64,000 nucleotides of DNA from Candidatus Poribacteria bacterium (GCA_965205025.1 CBDBFU010000028.1:64001-128000); one strand, 5' to 3'; shown: positions 9,782-20,808, numbered from the stretch's first letter. Numbers and translations are program-made. Notes: a model not told the origin generated them from the letters alone.

Positions 9782-11242
9782 ATGAAATTTGAATGGTTCG
9801 TAGCTTCACGTTATTTACTCTCTCGACGAAAACAATCTTTTATTTCGATTATTAGCGTTATATCTATAGTTGGGGTTTCACTTGGTGTTGCAACTGTAAT
9901 ATTGGTAATTGCTGTCTTGGATGGGGTTGAACATGGACTCAGAGATAGATTCCTTGCAAATGAAGCACATGTAGCAGTCAGCAAAATAGACAGAGGTTTT
10001 TTTGATGATTATGAGAAAAGAATTGATGCTATTCAAAAGGTTGATGGTGTTGTCTCTGTATCCCCAGTAGTATATACGCAATCAGCTATTTTTCAGAAAG
10101 GTAGTCAACGCATTGAAGATGTAATTTATATCAAAGGAATTGATCCTGAAGTAGAGGATACAGTTACAGGTTTTTCTAAATTTGTTGAAGGATCAGTAGA
10201 TTTTCAGGATCAGAAGATAATTGATCAAGCAAGTTTCCTCAATGATGAGTCAGTTACAGGAGGAATAGTACTTGGTGCACGTTTAGCAAGAAATCTAACA
10301 TTACATGAAGGCGATATACTCAGACTTGTAGTAAACTTAGAAGAAGATCCACATTCAGCTGGTGCATTTCTGCCAAGAATAAGAAATTTTGTTGTAATTG
10401 GTTTTTATGAATCAGAATTAGCTGTTTATGATAGTAGAATGGCTTTTATCCATTTGGATACTGCCCAGAAAATATATGAAAAAGAAGGTAATATTAATGT
10501 AATATTGGTTCGATTGGATGATCCTGAACTTGCACCTACAATTGGAGAAGAACTTATTGAGGTTGCTTCATTCGATATACTTGATATGCCTATTGCAACC
10601 ACTTGGTTGGATACACATGCACCACTGTTTGCAGCATTAGAGTTAGAAAAAATGGCAACTGTCATTATAGAGGCACTAATTATTCTGGTTGCAGCATTTA
10701 ACATTGCAAGTACATTGATAATGACGGTAATGGAAAAAACGAGAGATGTTGGCACGCTTCGCACACTTGGCGCGTCCCGTGGTAATATCATGTCTATATT
10801 CATGATTCAGGGATGTGTAATTGGCATGTTAGGTACACTTCTGGGAACAGCTTTGGGATTAGGCGTCTGTAAATTACTGAGTACAAATGTAATTCGACCT
10901 TCACCATTGATAGCATTTGCAACTATAGGACTATTAATACTCCTACAAATTAGTATTACCTTCAAAGTGGTATTATCAAGAACAAAACTAAAAAATATCG
11001 TAATGCTGGTTTTTTGGATTGTTGGAATTGCGTTTGTGTTATATTGTTTAGTTCAACCGATCTCATTAGAAGAATTAGGTTTGAGTGAAATATATCAGAT
11101 GAATCAACTCCCTATAAAAATTAATTGGTTTTTTGTTGGTTTTATTAATCTTCTCTCATTCTCTATCTGTTGGTTAGCTACGATTTATCCAGCATTTCAG
11201 GCATCCAATATGAGACCAATTGAGGCGTTGCAATATGAATAA
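9782..11242 (+). CDS. lolE: Lipoprotein-releasing ABC transporter permease (LolC/E family), with two extra C-terminal hydrophobic segments
   Basis: FVASRYL..SFISIIS, VAAFNIASTLIM.VMEKTRDVGTLRTLGA, YPA..AS..PIEALQYE; adjacent to lolD. Confidence 0.88.
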   Translation: MKFEWFVASRYLLSRRKQSFISIISVISIVGVSLGVATVILVIAVLDGVEHGLRDRFLANEAHVAVSKIDRGFFDDYEKRIDAIQKVDGVVSVSPVVYTQSAIFQKGSQRIEDVIYIKGIDPEVEDTVTGFSKFVEGSVDFQDQKIIDQASFLNDESVTGGIVLGARLARNLTLHEGDILRLVVNLEEDPHSAGAFLPRIRNFVVIGFYESELAVYDSRMAFIHLDTAQKIYEKEGNINVILVRLDDPELAPTIGEELIEVASFDILDMPIATTWLDTHAPLFAALELEKMATVIIEALIILVAAFNIASTLIMTVMEKTRDVGTLRTLGASRGNIMSIFMIQGCVIGMLGTLLGTALGLGVCKLLSTNVIRPSPLIAFATIGLLILLQISITFKVVLSRTKLKNIVMLVFWIVGIAFVLYCLVQPISLEELGLSEIYQMNQLPIKINWFFVGFINLLSFSICWLATIYPAFQASNMRPIEALQYE

Positions 11243-11245
11243 TCC

Positions 11246-11989
11246 ATGATTGTGATAACTCCATTAATGGAAATCTCTGATGTAATGGAAAAACTAATAA
11301 AAGTAGTAAATTTAGAAAAATCGTTCTTTGATGGTGACTCAGAACTGAAAGTCCTAAAAGGTGTTAACCTTGAGGTAAATGAATCTGAGATTCTGGCAAT
11401 TATGGGTGCATCAGGTGCTGGAAAAAGTACGTTACTGCATTTAATCGGAACACTTGATCGTCCTACATCTGGTAATATCTATTATGAAGATGAAGATATT
11501 ACAACCTACTCAGAACGGGAACTTACCCAATTCAGAAATGCCTCAGTCGGTTTTGTTTTTCAGTTTCATCAATTATTACCAGAATTTAACGCACTTGAAA
11601 ACGTGTTAATGGGAAAATTAATCTCAAATCGTAAATCTGGCTATACTGGAGGACAGCAGCTTAATCGGAACGAAATGAACGATAGAGCTGAGAACTTACT
11701 TGGAAGTGTTGGTCTATCAGAAAGATTAACACACTTTCCAAGTCAACTATCCGGTGGAGAACGACAACGAGTTGCTATTGCAAGAGCATTGATGAATCAA
11801 CCTAAAGTTATCCTCGCTGACGAACCAACCGGTAATATTGATGATATTACCAGTGAAGTTGTTTTTGATGTTTTGCTACAGGTTAATGAAGAACTCAACC
11901 AGACAATTATTATTGTAACACATGATTCACGCCTATCAAACCAAACAACCAGAACTGTGAACCTTGTTGAAGGAAAAATTACATATTAA
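11246..11989 (+). CDS. lolD: Lipoprotein-releasing ABC transporter ATP-binding protein (true start possibly 11285)
   Basis: Walker A GASGAGKST, GFVFQFHQLL, LSGGERQRVAIARAL, ADEPTGN. Confidence 0.9.
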   Translation: MIVITPLMEISDVMEKLIKVVNLEKSFFDGDSELKVLKGVNLEVNESEILAIMGASGAGKSTLLHLIGTLDRPTSGNIYYEDEDITTYSERELTQFRNASVGFVFQFHQLLPEFNALENVLMGKLISNRKSGYTGGQQLNRNEMNDRAENLLGSVGLSERLTHFPSQLSGGERQRVAIARALMNQPKVILADEPTGNIDDITSEVVFDVLLQVNEELNQTIIIVTHDSRLSNQTTRTVNLVEGKITY

Positions 11990-12026
11990 CCACAAATTAT
12001 AATAAGTATACAGGAAGGTTTAGTGA

Positions 12027-12899
12027 ATGTTGATATATCTTGACGGAGAATTTGTACCATGTTCGGAGGCAAAGATTTCCGTGTTCGATCATGGATTACT
12101 CTATGGTGACGGTGTTTTTGAAGGGATTCGTTGCTATAATGGTAATGTCTTCAAATTGGATGAACACTTAGAACGACTTTACGATTCAGCGAAATCGATT
12201 ATGTTACAAATCCCAATATCAATTGAAGAAATGAAGGAGAATCTACTTGAAACCCTCCGACGAAATGACCTTCATGAAGGGTATATCCGATTAGTTGTTA
12301 CCCGGGGTATAGGAGATTTAGGATTAGATCCAGAAAAATGTCCAAATCCTTCTGTTATTATTATTGCCGACAAGATAACTTTGTATCCACTGAATTTCTA
12401 TGAAGATGGATTAGAGATTGTCACTGTTTCTATACGACGAAACTATCCAGAAGCAATTAATCCTCGAATAAAATCTCTTAACTACCTGAACAATATACTT
12501 GCAAAAATTGAAGCTAAACAATCTGGTGCAGTTGAAGCATTGATGTTAAACAATGATGGGTATGTAGTTGAATGTACTGGAGATAATATTTTTTGGATAA
12601 AAAATGAAGTAATTGTTACTCCACCGCAACATATAGGTATATTAGAGGGTGTTACACGTAATTGTGTAATTGAATTAGCACAAGAAGCAGGATTTGAAAT
12701 AGAAGAACGTGTTTTCACACGACACGACTTATATATTGCTGATGAATGTTTCTTGACTGGTACGGCTGCCGAAGTAATACCGGTTGTAAAACTTGATCAG
12801 AGAGTAATTGGGAATGGAAAACCAGGGATAGTCACCCAAAAATTAATCGCCGCATTTCGACAATTAGCAAACAATAGTGGAACACCTATATATACTTAA
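12027..12899 (+). CDS. ilvE: Branched-chain amino acid aminotransferase
   Basis: DHGLLYGDGVFEGIR, KSLNYLNNILA, ILEGVTR, FLTGTAAEV. Confidence 0.95.
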   Translation: MLIYLDGEFVPCSEAKISVFDHGLLYGDGVFEGIRCYNGNVFKLDEHLERLYDSAKSIMLQIPISIEEMKENLLETLRRNDLHEGYIRLVVTRGIGDLGLDPEKCPNPSVIIIADKITLYPLNFYEDGLEIVTVSIRRNYPEAINPRIKSLNYLNNILAKIEAKQSGAVEALMLNNDGYVVECTGDNIFWIKNEVIVTPPQHIGILEGVTRNCVIELAQEAGFEIEERVFTRHDLYIADECFLTGTAAEVIPVVKLDQRVIGNGKPGIVTQKLIAAFRQLANNSGTPIYT

Positions 12900-12964
12900 G
12901 CAAGTTTAAACTCAATAGAATGATAAGGATGTATTCTTACGAATGCTTAAGGAGGAACTTCAAA

Positions 12965-15403
12965 ATGAATATTAAAAGACCACCTATTCAGCTACTCATA
13001 TTTAGTATAATTGCAATTTCTATCTCTCCATATATATGTTTCAATACGTTTGCTGGTCAATCAGAAGATAACACTTACGGACCAAAACTTTCTACTGAAA
13101 CGGTACAAGAAAATAAAACAGAATCATCTCAAGAAGAAACTCCTATAGTTGATGAATCATTACTCGTGAAAAAGATAGACTTTATTGGAGTACAATCCTT
13201 ACGTAAGGAAATGTTGCAGACTCTAATACAAACACAAATAGGACAAGAAGTATCTTCTGAAATACTTACAAAGGATATTGAAAGTCTTTACAAGGATACA
13301 GGATTCTTTTCTGATATTAGGGTCGAAGCTAAACCTGCATCAGATAGTGGACTTGAAATACATTTTATTTTTATAGAGAGTCCTAAACTTGAAGGGATTA
13401 CTATTATTGGTAACGAAGACTTGGATACTGGTAAACTCATGGATAAAGTTACCTTACGGAGATCAGAAATCTATAGTGATCGTCAAAGGTGGGAAAGTGA
13501 ACGCGCTATCCGCCAATTCTACCATGAGAAAGGGTATTATCTGGTAAGTATTCAAGTCCATGATGATTTAAATAAAGAAGAAAATACTAACCACATAACT
13601 TTCGAAATTGATGAGGGACCACGGGTTCGAATTACTGAAATTAACTTTATTGGCAATAATCAAGTAAGTGCGAAAAAGCTCATGAAAAAAATGAAGACCC
13701 GTGTTGGAAAACACTTTGATGAAATCCTTTTTGAAGAAGAAGATATAAGTCTAAATCTTAGGAATTATTATCAAGATCTCGGTTTTGCTCAGGTGAAGAT
13801 TCTGGGTCATGAGAAACGTTTCACTGAAGATAAAACTGGACTGATGCTTGACATTTCTGTTGATGAAGGACCTCAATTCGTTGTTGGAACGTATATAATT
13901 AAACTTCAGAAGGGAGAGAAGACTGTCTATTCTGAAGATAAGATACGTGGAATGATTGATCCGGCTGAAGGTGAAATATTTAATCGAGACACTTTCGAAG
14001 AATCAATCGCAGAACTACAGCAATCATACCTCGATAAAGGTTATCTTCTATCCGAAGTTAACCCAATCCCCTACTACGATGAAGCCAATGCTCTGGTTAA
14101 TATCACATTGAATATCAACCAGGGAGATGTAATTATTATTGACGATGTGCCTATACGTGGATTAGCAAAGACGAAAGAAAATGTCATCAGACGGGAACTT
14201 GATTGGTTAAATATAAAATCAGATGAACTCCTCGATGTTAAAGTCCTTCGTAAAGCTCGTCAACGACTCTTCCAGATGGGACCATTCATTCGTGCAGTAG
14301 ATTTTGTGCCAAGTGATACACGGAATGATAGCCGTAAGAATCTTGTTGTAAATATAGCTGAATCCCCTACTACAGGAACGCTTAGTGTCGGTGGCGGATA
14401 CGGGAGTGAAGGTGGAATTTTTGGTACTGCAGAAATAGGACAAAATAACTTGTTTGGCAGAGCATATAGAGTTCATCTAAAAGGTGAGTTAGGAACTCGT
14501 GATCATCATACTGCTCAAGCAAGTTTCGGCTCACCATGGATTTTTGGAACACCCACTCGGTTAAATGCACGCATATATAACAACCGACGGTTTAGACGAC
14601 ATTATAGTACTGTCGCATCCGCACTTTACCAAAACTTTGAAACTGACCGATATGTTTGGGAAACAAGAGGTGCATCAGTTTCACTCGGACGACCTATCAG
14701 CTACGATATTGATCTGTCTGTAAGATTCCGAAACGAATACGTATTAATTGAAATACCAGATAGAGAGCCATCTAATCGGTCCACACGGAGTATTCTATTC
14801 GCAGTAGGACGAGACACGCGGGATTATCGGACTTCTCTTTATGATCCTATGGGGGGAAGTTCGAGTAGTATATCTTATGAATACTCAGGGGGACTCTTAG
14901 GGGCAGATAACCAGTTCCAAAAGTATACTGCGGATACAGGTTGGTTCTACAATCCCTGGTGGAATCATGTATTTGCCTTCCATTCACGCGCGGGTTATAT
15001 GATTAGTAGAAGCAGTGATAATAGGGAACTCTACTACGAAAGATTTTACCTGGGTGGTGTTGATACTGTCAGAGGGTATGAAGATTATGAGATTTATCCG
15101 GATCCAGATGAAAATGAACAGTTTAATCCTTTTGGTGGTAACAAAGTGTTTTTTGCTAATTTTGAATATCGCATTCCTGTTTCACCACAACTCACCACTG
15201 CTCTTTTCTTCGATGTTGGACAAGTTTGGGATGAATCAGTGATGAATCCATTTAACCAAATTAATCTAAAACGTGGTGCAGGTGTGGAGGCACGATTACA
15301 AATGTTAGGTATGTTAGCACGCTTTGGCTGGGGATATGCTTTTGACAGGCAAACTAGACCGCCACAAGGCAGATTCTATTTCACGATTGGACCAGGATTT
15401 TAA
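12965..15403 (+). CDS. bamA: Outer membrane protein assembly factor BamA
   Basis: AGGAGG RBS before ATG 12965; five POTRA-like repeats; beta-barrel with VRGY motif and C-terminal Phe; followed by skp and lpxD. Confidence 0.93.
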   Translation: MNIKRPPIQLLIFSIIAISISPYICFNTFAGQSEDNTYGPKLSTETVQENKTESSQEETPIVDESLLVKKIDFIGVQSLRKEMLQTLIQTQIGQEVSSEILTKDIESLYKDTGFFSDIRVEAKPASDSGLEIHFIFIESPKLEGITIIGNEDLDTGKLMDKVTLRRSEIYSDRQRWESERAIRQFYHEKGYYLVSIQVHDDLNKEENTNHITFEIDEGPRVRITEINFIGNNQVSAKKLMKKMKTRVGKHFDEILFEEEDISLNLRNYYQDLGFAQVKILGHEKRFTEDKTGLMLDISVDEGPQFVVGTYIIKLQKGEKTVYSEDKIRGMIDPAEGEIFNRDTFEESIAELQQSYLDKGYLLSEVNPIPYYDEANALVNITLNINQGDVIIIDDVPIRGLAKTKENVIRRELDWLNIKSDELLDVKVLRKARQRLFQMGPFIRAVDFVPSDTRNDSRKNLVVNIAESPTTGTLSVGGGYGSEGGIFGTAEIGQNNLFGRAYRVHLKGELGTRDHHTAQASFGSPWIFGTPTRLNARIYNNRRFRRHYSTVASALYQNFETDRYVWETRGASVSLGRPISYDIDLSVRFRNEYVLIEIPDREPSNRSTRSILFAVGRDTRDYRTSLYDPMGGSSSSISYEYSGGLLGADNQFQKYTADTGWFYNPWWNHVFAFHSRAGYMISRSSDNRELYYERFYLGGVDTVRGYEDYEIYPDPDENEQFNPFGGNKVFFANFEYRIPVSPQLTTALFFDVGQVWDESVMNPFNQINLKRGAGVEARLQMLGMLARFGWGYAFDRQTRPPQGRFYFTIGPGF

Positions 15404-15495
15404 GAGAACTTTAATTACTTAGTTTACTATTCTAATATTGATATTTACAAAGCAGAGACTATAGTAAAAGGTGTTCTGCTATAAGAGGATTTTTT

Positions 15496-16041
15496 ATGAA
15501 AAAGTATGTTTTAATTTTATGCTCAATTATGCTATTCAGTATGTTGAGTGGTAGTATTGGACAAGAAGGTTTTAAATTTGGTGTTGTAGACACACAACTT
15601 GTATTGGATAACTATGGGAAATTTAAGGATGCTAATGAAATTCTCCAGACTGCAGATAAACGGTTGAGAGACAAGCTTGAAGGGTTATTTCAAGAAATTA
15701 GAACTTTACAAGAGAAATTAACAAAAACAGAACTATTTCTTGAGAAACCTCAGACTGAAGAACTGCAAAACCAAATTAAGACTAAAGAAGATGAATTCAT
15801 GCGGGAAAGACAAGCTGGTGAACAAGCATTGCTGGATAAGCAGAAAGAACTAATGGAACCAATCCTGAAGGAAATTGAAGAATTGATTAAGAATACTGGA
15901 AAAGAACAGAATTATGATCTGATAATTAGTAAACAAGCAGCACTATATTACAATGAAAAGTATGATATCACTGATAGTCTGATTGAAACTATAAATAAAT
16001 TGCCAGAGAATAACGCTGAAAAGAAACCTGCAAATGAATAG
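15496..16041 (+). CDS. skp: OmpH/Skp periplasmic chaperone
   Basis: Signal peptide, KFGVVD, coiled coil, YDLII..YDITD; synteny bamA-skp-lpxD. Confidence 0.9.
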   Translation: MKKYVLILCSIMLFSMLSGSIGQEGFKFGVVDTQLVLDNYGKFKDANEILQTADKRLRDKLEGLFQEIRTLQEKLTKTELFLEKPQTEELQNQIKTKEDEFMRERQAGEQALLDKQKELMEPILKEIEELIKNTGKEQNYDLIISKQAALYYNEKYDITDSLIETINKLPENNAEKKPANE

Positions 16042-16083
16042 ATTTATTTGTTTGGCATGAACATCCGTGAAACGAGGTGAAAT

Positions 16084-17145
16084 ATGAGCATCAAACTCAA
16101 AGATATATGTAAACACCTTGGTGGTGATCTTTCTGGAGATGGAGAGATTGAAATTACGGGTGTATCTGGCATAAAGGAAGCTGAACCAAATCAAATTACC
16201 TTCGTAGCGAATGCAAAATACCTTAGTGCTATTGCAACAACCCAAGCTTCAGCAATCATCATAGGGAGAGGCGTATCAGGAAATGGTAAAGCAACAATAT
16301 GTGTAGATAATCCATATTGGGGTTTTGTAAAAGTTCTGGAATTGTTTGCCTGGGATTCCGAAACTATACCTCAGACAGGTATACATGAGACAGCAATATT
16401 AGGTGAAAACGTCTCTATCGGCGAAGGTGTAACTATAGAACCATTTGCCGTGATTGGTGACAATGTGGAAATTGGTGATGAGACAATTATTAAGCCTCAT
16501 GTCTACATAGGGACAGATAGCAAAATTGGCAAGAATGGATTAATATATTCACAGGTGAGTATACGAGAAAATGTGACTATTGGGGATAATGTCATTATAC
16601 ATTGTGGGGCTGTAATTGGTAGTGATGGATTTGGATTTACACCAAATCCGTCAAATAATAGTCCCTACAAGATTCCACAGATTGGAACTGTAGTTATTGA
16701 GGATAATGTAGAAATTGGGGCAAATACCACTATAGATCGTGCAACTATTGCTGAAACACTCATAAAGAGTGGAACAAAACTCGACAATCTTGTTCAAATT
16801 GCTCATAATGTAGTTATCGGGGAAGATTGTTGTTTGGCTGCACAATCTGGTATGGCTGGTAGCAGTACACTTGGTGATAGGGTCAATATTGCAGGACAAT
16901 CAGGTGTGGTAGGACATTTAACGGTAGGTGAAAATAGTGTTCTTTATGCAAAATCCGCGATCACAAAAGATACACCCCCAAATAGCCAACTCTCCGGTTT
17001 TCCTGCCCGTCCACATAAACAGGAATTACGTTTTCAGGCAGCAACTCGAAAATTACCTGAACTTATGCAGGAATTTAAACATCTTCAAAAAAAAGTAGTA
17101 GAACTTGAAGAAAAGTTAAAAACTCTTGAACATACAGAAGACTAA
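16084..17145 (+). CDS. lpxD: UDP-3-O-acylglucosamine N-acyltransferase
   Basis: Hexapeptide repeats; IGSDGFGF, EIGANTTIDR, KLDNLVQIAHNV. Confidence 0.96.
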   Translation: MSIKLKDICKHLGGDLSGDGEIEITGVSGIKEAEPNQITFVANAKYLSAIATTQASAIIIGRGVSGNGKATICVDNPYWGFVKVLELFAWDSETIPQTGIHETAILGENVSIGEGVTIEPFAVIGDNVEIGDETIIKPHVYIGTDSKIGKNGLIYSQVSIRENVTIGDNVIIHCGAVIGSDGFGFTPNPSNNSPYKIPQIGTVVIEDNVEIGANTTIDRATIAETLIKSGTKLDNLVQIAHNVVIGEDCCLAAQSGMAGSSTLGDRVNIAGQSGVVGHLTVGENSVLYAKSAITKDTPPNSQLSGFPARPHKQELRFQAATRKLPELMQEFKHLQKKVVELEEKLKTLEHTED

Positions 17146-17258
17146 TATCTAACAAAATCCAATACACATCACTTCAATAGATTAACACATTTCTTCCACT
17201 CCTCACCGTTTAAATACTGCAAGTAATCCAAATAATATATACATTTTTTAATATTGAT

Positions 17259-18113
17259 ATGAAACAGATTCTATCGTATGTTGAATTGACTCGTCCTCTT
17301 AATGGGATGATTGCTTTTGTTTCAGCATGGTTAGGTGGTATGTTTGCAATCAATGAAACCTTGCTGACCATCACAGATTATCGACTCTTTCTGGTGTCTA
17401 TAGCTGCGTTATTATTATTATCTGCTGGAAATGCAATTAATGATTATTGTGATTATACCACAGACAAGATTAATAAACCAAATAGACCCATACCTTCTGG
17501 AAGGATAAAGAGAAGTAATGCTTTGATTTTTGCCTTGATTCTAATGAGTATTGGAATTCTAATAGGATTATACATAAATTTCTACGCATTCTGTATTGCA
17601 ATTATAGTTATTCTTTTACTTATATTCTATGCTAAATGGCTAAAGAGAACTCCTTTCTTAGGAAACATAGTAGTTAGTTGTTTGACCGCTATAACCTTTA
17701 TTTCGGGAGGGGTGGCTATTGGATCAATAAAGGGGACTATCATTCCAGCAATCTTCGCGTTTTTATATACTACTGCACGGGAAATCGTAAAAGACATTGA
17801 AGATATTGAAGGAGATCAAAAAACACAGGTTAAAACATTAGCTATTATCAATCCAAAACTTGCTGTAAATATAGCATTGAGTTTCATGGGTTTTGTTATT
17901 TTTTTCAGTCCAATACCTTATCTAATTGGATTTTATTCTTGGCATTATCTCCTCCTAATAATATTTGGTGTTGATATAATACTTGTCTATTTAGGATTAC
18001 GACTTTGGAAGGATTCTTCAAATAGTAATTGTGCTTTCATCCAACGTTGTATGAAATGGGATATCTTTATTGGATTAGGGGCAATTTATCTGGGATCTGT
18101 AATGAATGTATAA
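17259..18113 (+). CDS. UbiA-superfamily prenyltransferase, DGGGP-synthase-like
   Basis: TRPLN, NAINDYCD..DKINKPNRPIPSG, REIVKDIEDIEGD; multiple TM helices. Confidence 0.85.
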   Translation: MKQILSYVELTRPLNGMIAFVSAWLGGMFAINETLLTITDYRLFLVSIAALLLLSAGNAINDYCDYTTDKINKPNRPIPSGRIKRSNALIFALILMSIGILIGLYINFYAFCIAIIVILLLIFYAKWLKRTPFLGNIVVSCLTAITFISGGVAIGSIKGTIIPAIFAFLYTTAREIVKDIEDIEGDQKTQVKTLAIINPKLAVNIALSFMGFVIFFSPIPYLIGFYSWHYLLLIIFGVDIILVYLGLRLWKDSSNSNCAFIQRCMKWDIFIGLGAIYLGSVMNV

Positions 18114-18148
18114 AGAGGTAGGACATACTACTTTTTGTCCTAATTAAA

Positions 18149-19393
18149 TTGAAAGACTACAATCAAATATTAGCATTCTTAGATAATCAGAACTCCGAGT
18201 GTGAGTGGATAAATAGATTTACACAATCCTATCATATCTTCACTCGTACAGGAAAATGGGATCATGAATATCAGATATATACATCTGGATGGAAAGAAAT
18301 AGAAGGAGTTATGATTCTTCACCCAGAACCAGAGGACGGTATTGACTATAATGTAATATTAAGTGCCAAGACTGAACGGAGCTTACGAGAATTACTATTA
18401 AAATTTCCAAGATGCCGTATAGGTAATTTTTCATTCACTAAAACTTGGATGAAATCCAGAAGTGAAAACATATTGACATATAATAATGATCAATTTAAAA
18501 ATGGAGATATATTTCGGGGAATGAAACGAGGAAGTGAAGGAAGTGAAAAAAATAGAACCATAGATAAGAAAAAAGATTCAATTGTTACAGAAATTCGTAA
18601 ACTATCTCAAGAAAAAGGGAGAAGTGAATTAAATCAATTCATGGTTGAAGGTGATCTGTTGGTAAACCGCGCTTTCAAAGATGGTTTACCAATAGAATCT
18701 ATAATATATACTTCTAAATATATTACATCTCAGGACGGAAAGAGTTTTCTAATGGAAGCATCAACAGATAATATTTCAATCTATAATGTTAACGATGGTG
18801 TTATGGGGTCAATCACAAAAACCCGTCCAGTTCCAACAATACTGGCTTCAATACATTACTTTTACGCTCCATTTTTCTTAGATACTGAAGAACTGAACTT
18901 TCAATATTCACACAATTGTACGCTATTAATTGCAGAAAACATTGAAAATCCTGATAACTTAGGTATGACTATACGGACTGCTGATGCAGCAGGTGTCTCA
19001 GCAGTATTGATTACTGGGGATGGATGCAGTCCATTTCATAAGAATTGTATACGTGCATCACGTGGAGCTATTGGTCGTCTTCCATTGTTTCATAGTCCAT
19101 CATCAGTATTAGCAGTTGAAGAATTAATCCGGGCTGGATGGAAAGTATATGGAACAACATCAAATACAGATAATGATTTATATGGAATGGAGATGTCATT
19201 TCCTAATTCAGTGATTGTTGGTAATGAAAATACTGGAATACTACCTGAAACATTGGAAAAATGTACGAATATAATTAGGATTCCAATGGCACAAGGACAG
19301 TCTTCTTTAAATGTTGGTGTTGCTGCTGGAATTCTCCTATTTGAAGTTTCACGCCAAAAACAACCTAATCAATCCAACTCTCCTATGTACTAA
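18149..19393 (+). CDS. TrmH/SpoU family RNA methyltransferase with long N-terminal extension
   Basis: ENPDNLGMTIRTADAAG, VGNENTG, IPM..SSLNVGVAAGILL. Confidence 0.88.
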   Translation: MKDYNQILAFLDNQNSECEWINRFTQSYHIFTRTGKWDHEYQIYTSGWKEIEGVMILHPEPEDGIDYNVILSAKTERSLRELLLKFPRCRIGNFSFTKTWMKSRSENILTYNNDQFKNGDIFRGMKRGSEGSEKNRTIDKKKDSIVTEIRKLSQEKGRSELNQFMVEGDLLVNRAFKDGLPIESIIYTSKYITSQDGKSFLMEASTDNISIYNVNDGVMGSITKTRPVPTILASIHYFYAPFFLDTEELNFQYSHNCTLLIAENIENPDNLGMTIRTADAAGVSAVLITGDGCSPFHKNCIRASRGAIGRLPLFHSPSSVLAVEELIRAGWKVYGTTSNTDNDLYGMEMSFPNSVIVGNENTGILPETLEKCTNIIRIPMAQGQSSLNVGVAAGILLFEVSRQKQPNQSNSPMY

Positions 19394-19503
19394 AAATCTT
19401 TCAGTCAATATTTTCAATTGAAGGTAGTTTGACAATATGATAAGATAGGATTTATAAGATCTTGGGTTAAAAATACTCATCATTAATACAAGAGGAAAAA
19501 ATC

Positions 19504-20790
19504 ATGAGACTATCCATTTTATGCATAATGTTAAGTCTGGTGATTTCTTTAGTGTCTGCTGAAGAAGCACCAAAGCAAGATTCTAATATTGAACAGGTGA
19601 AATCATGTACTGAAAATCTACAAGAAATTGGTAAAGCAATCCAATCCTATAGGGAGGAACACGGAGAATTTCCAAATTGGCTTTCAGACCTTCATCCTCA
19701 ATATATAACCGATAAGAATATACTGATCTGTCCATCAGATAATAATGATGGAAAGGTGCTCTACTCACGAGCTGTTGATCCCAATTTACCTGTAAGTTAT
19801 AACTATGAACTTTACTCTGGACAAAGAAAGACTGTGAAGGAAAACCGAGTCATGTATGGTGATGTTGTACCAATTGTTCGTTGTATGCATCACTTAAACA
19901 ACACTGGTTTTTCCATAAATTTATGTTTTGATAATAAGGTTAAACAATTACCATATCAATGGAATAGTTCGCTTGTAGAATTGTATGGGGATGTTGAGAA
20001 AGCGATTAAATCGTTAGAGGAAGGTTTTGAGAAACAACCGAAAAATAGACAATTCTTCAATGTATATCCAATTCTCGCAAAACTATATGTAGATGCTGGA
20101 CGACTTGATGATGCAGATAATCTCATTAAACGCTATAAGACACTAATAATAACCAATAACTATTCGCACCACCTTTATTTGGGTAATATGCTCAGACTGT
20201 TGAATCGTCAGGATGAGGAGCTTGAATTGTATCTGGAATTCGACAAAGAATATCCAAAGAATCGGTTTATATTAGAGAGAATAGCAAACATATACAAGGA
20301 TCAAGGAAAAACTGAATTAGCCTTGGAATACAGAAAAAAATTTGTACCAGGATTAGCATACATTGGAAAGATGGTACCAGATTTTAACGCAACAGATCTT
20401 GATGGCAACGCAATATCCATTGAAACATATCGTGGAAAAGTTGTATTGGTTGATTTTTGGGCAGTATGGTGTGGACCCTGTGTTGCCGAAACGCCTAATA
20501 TGAAGAAGGTATATGATGCCTATAAGGATAAAGGGTTTGATATTATAGGAATTAGTCTTGATAATGATGAAGCAAATCTAAGAGAATATCTCAAAGAGAA
20601 AAACATTACTTGGCGACAAGTATTTAGTGGAAAAGGATGGGATAGTCCGGTAGCAAGACAATATGGAATATATAGTATTCCAAATATGTGGCTTATTGAT
20701 AAAGATGGGAAATTAATATCCAATAATGCCAGAGGGAAAAAATTAGAGAGTTTGGTAGTTGAAGCATTGAATGATAAGACAATTGAATAA
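19504..20790 (+). CDS. Exported TlpA-family redoxin with TPR-like region and N-terminal extra domain
   Basis: Signal peptide; C-terminal PDF..DLDG..GKVVLVDFWAVWCGPC..IP. Confidence 0.85.
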   Translation: MRLSILCIMLSLVISLVSAEEAPKQDSNIEQVKSCTENLQEIGKAIQSYREEHGEFPNWLSDLHPQYITDKNILICPSDNNDGKVLYSRAVDPNLPVSYNYELYSGQRKTVKENRVMYGDVVPIVRCMHHLNNTGFSINLCFDNKVKQLPYQWNSSLVELYGDVEKAIKSLEEGFEKQPKNRQFFNVYPILAKLYVDAGRLDDADNLIKRYKTLIITNNYSHHLYLGNMLRLLNRQDEELELYLEFDKEYPKNRFILERIANIYKDQGKTELALEYRKKFVPGLAYIGKMVPDFNATDLDGNAISIETYRGKVVLVDFWAVWCGPCVAETPNMKKVYDAYKDKGFDIIGISLDNDEANLREYLKEKNITWRQVFSGKGWDSPVARQYGIYSIPNMWLIDKDGKLISNNARGKKLESLVVEALNDKTIE

Positions 20791-20808
20791 TCAAACTGTA
20801 ACCTAATT

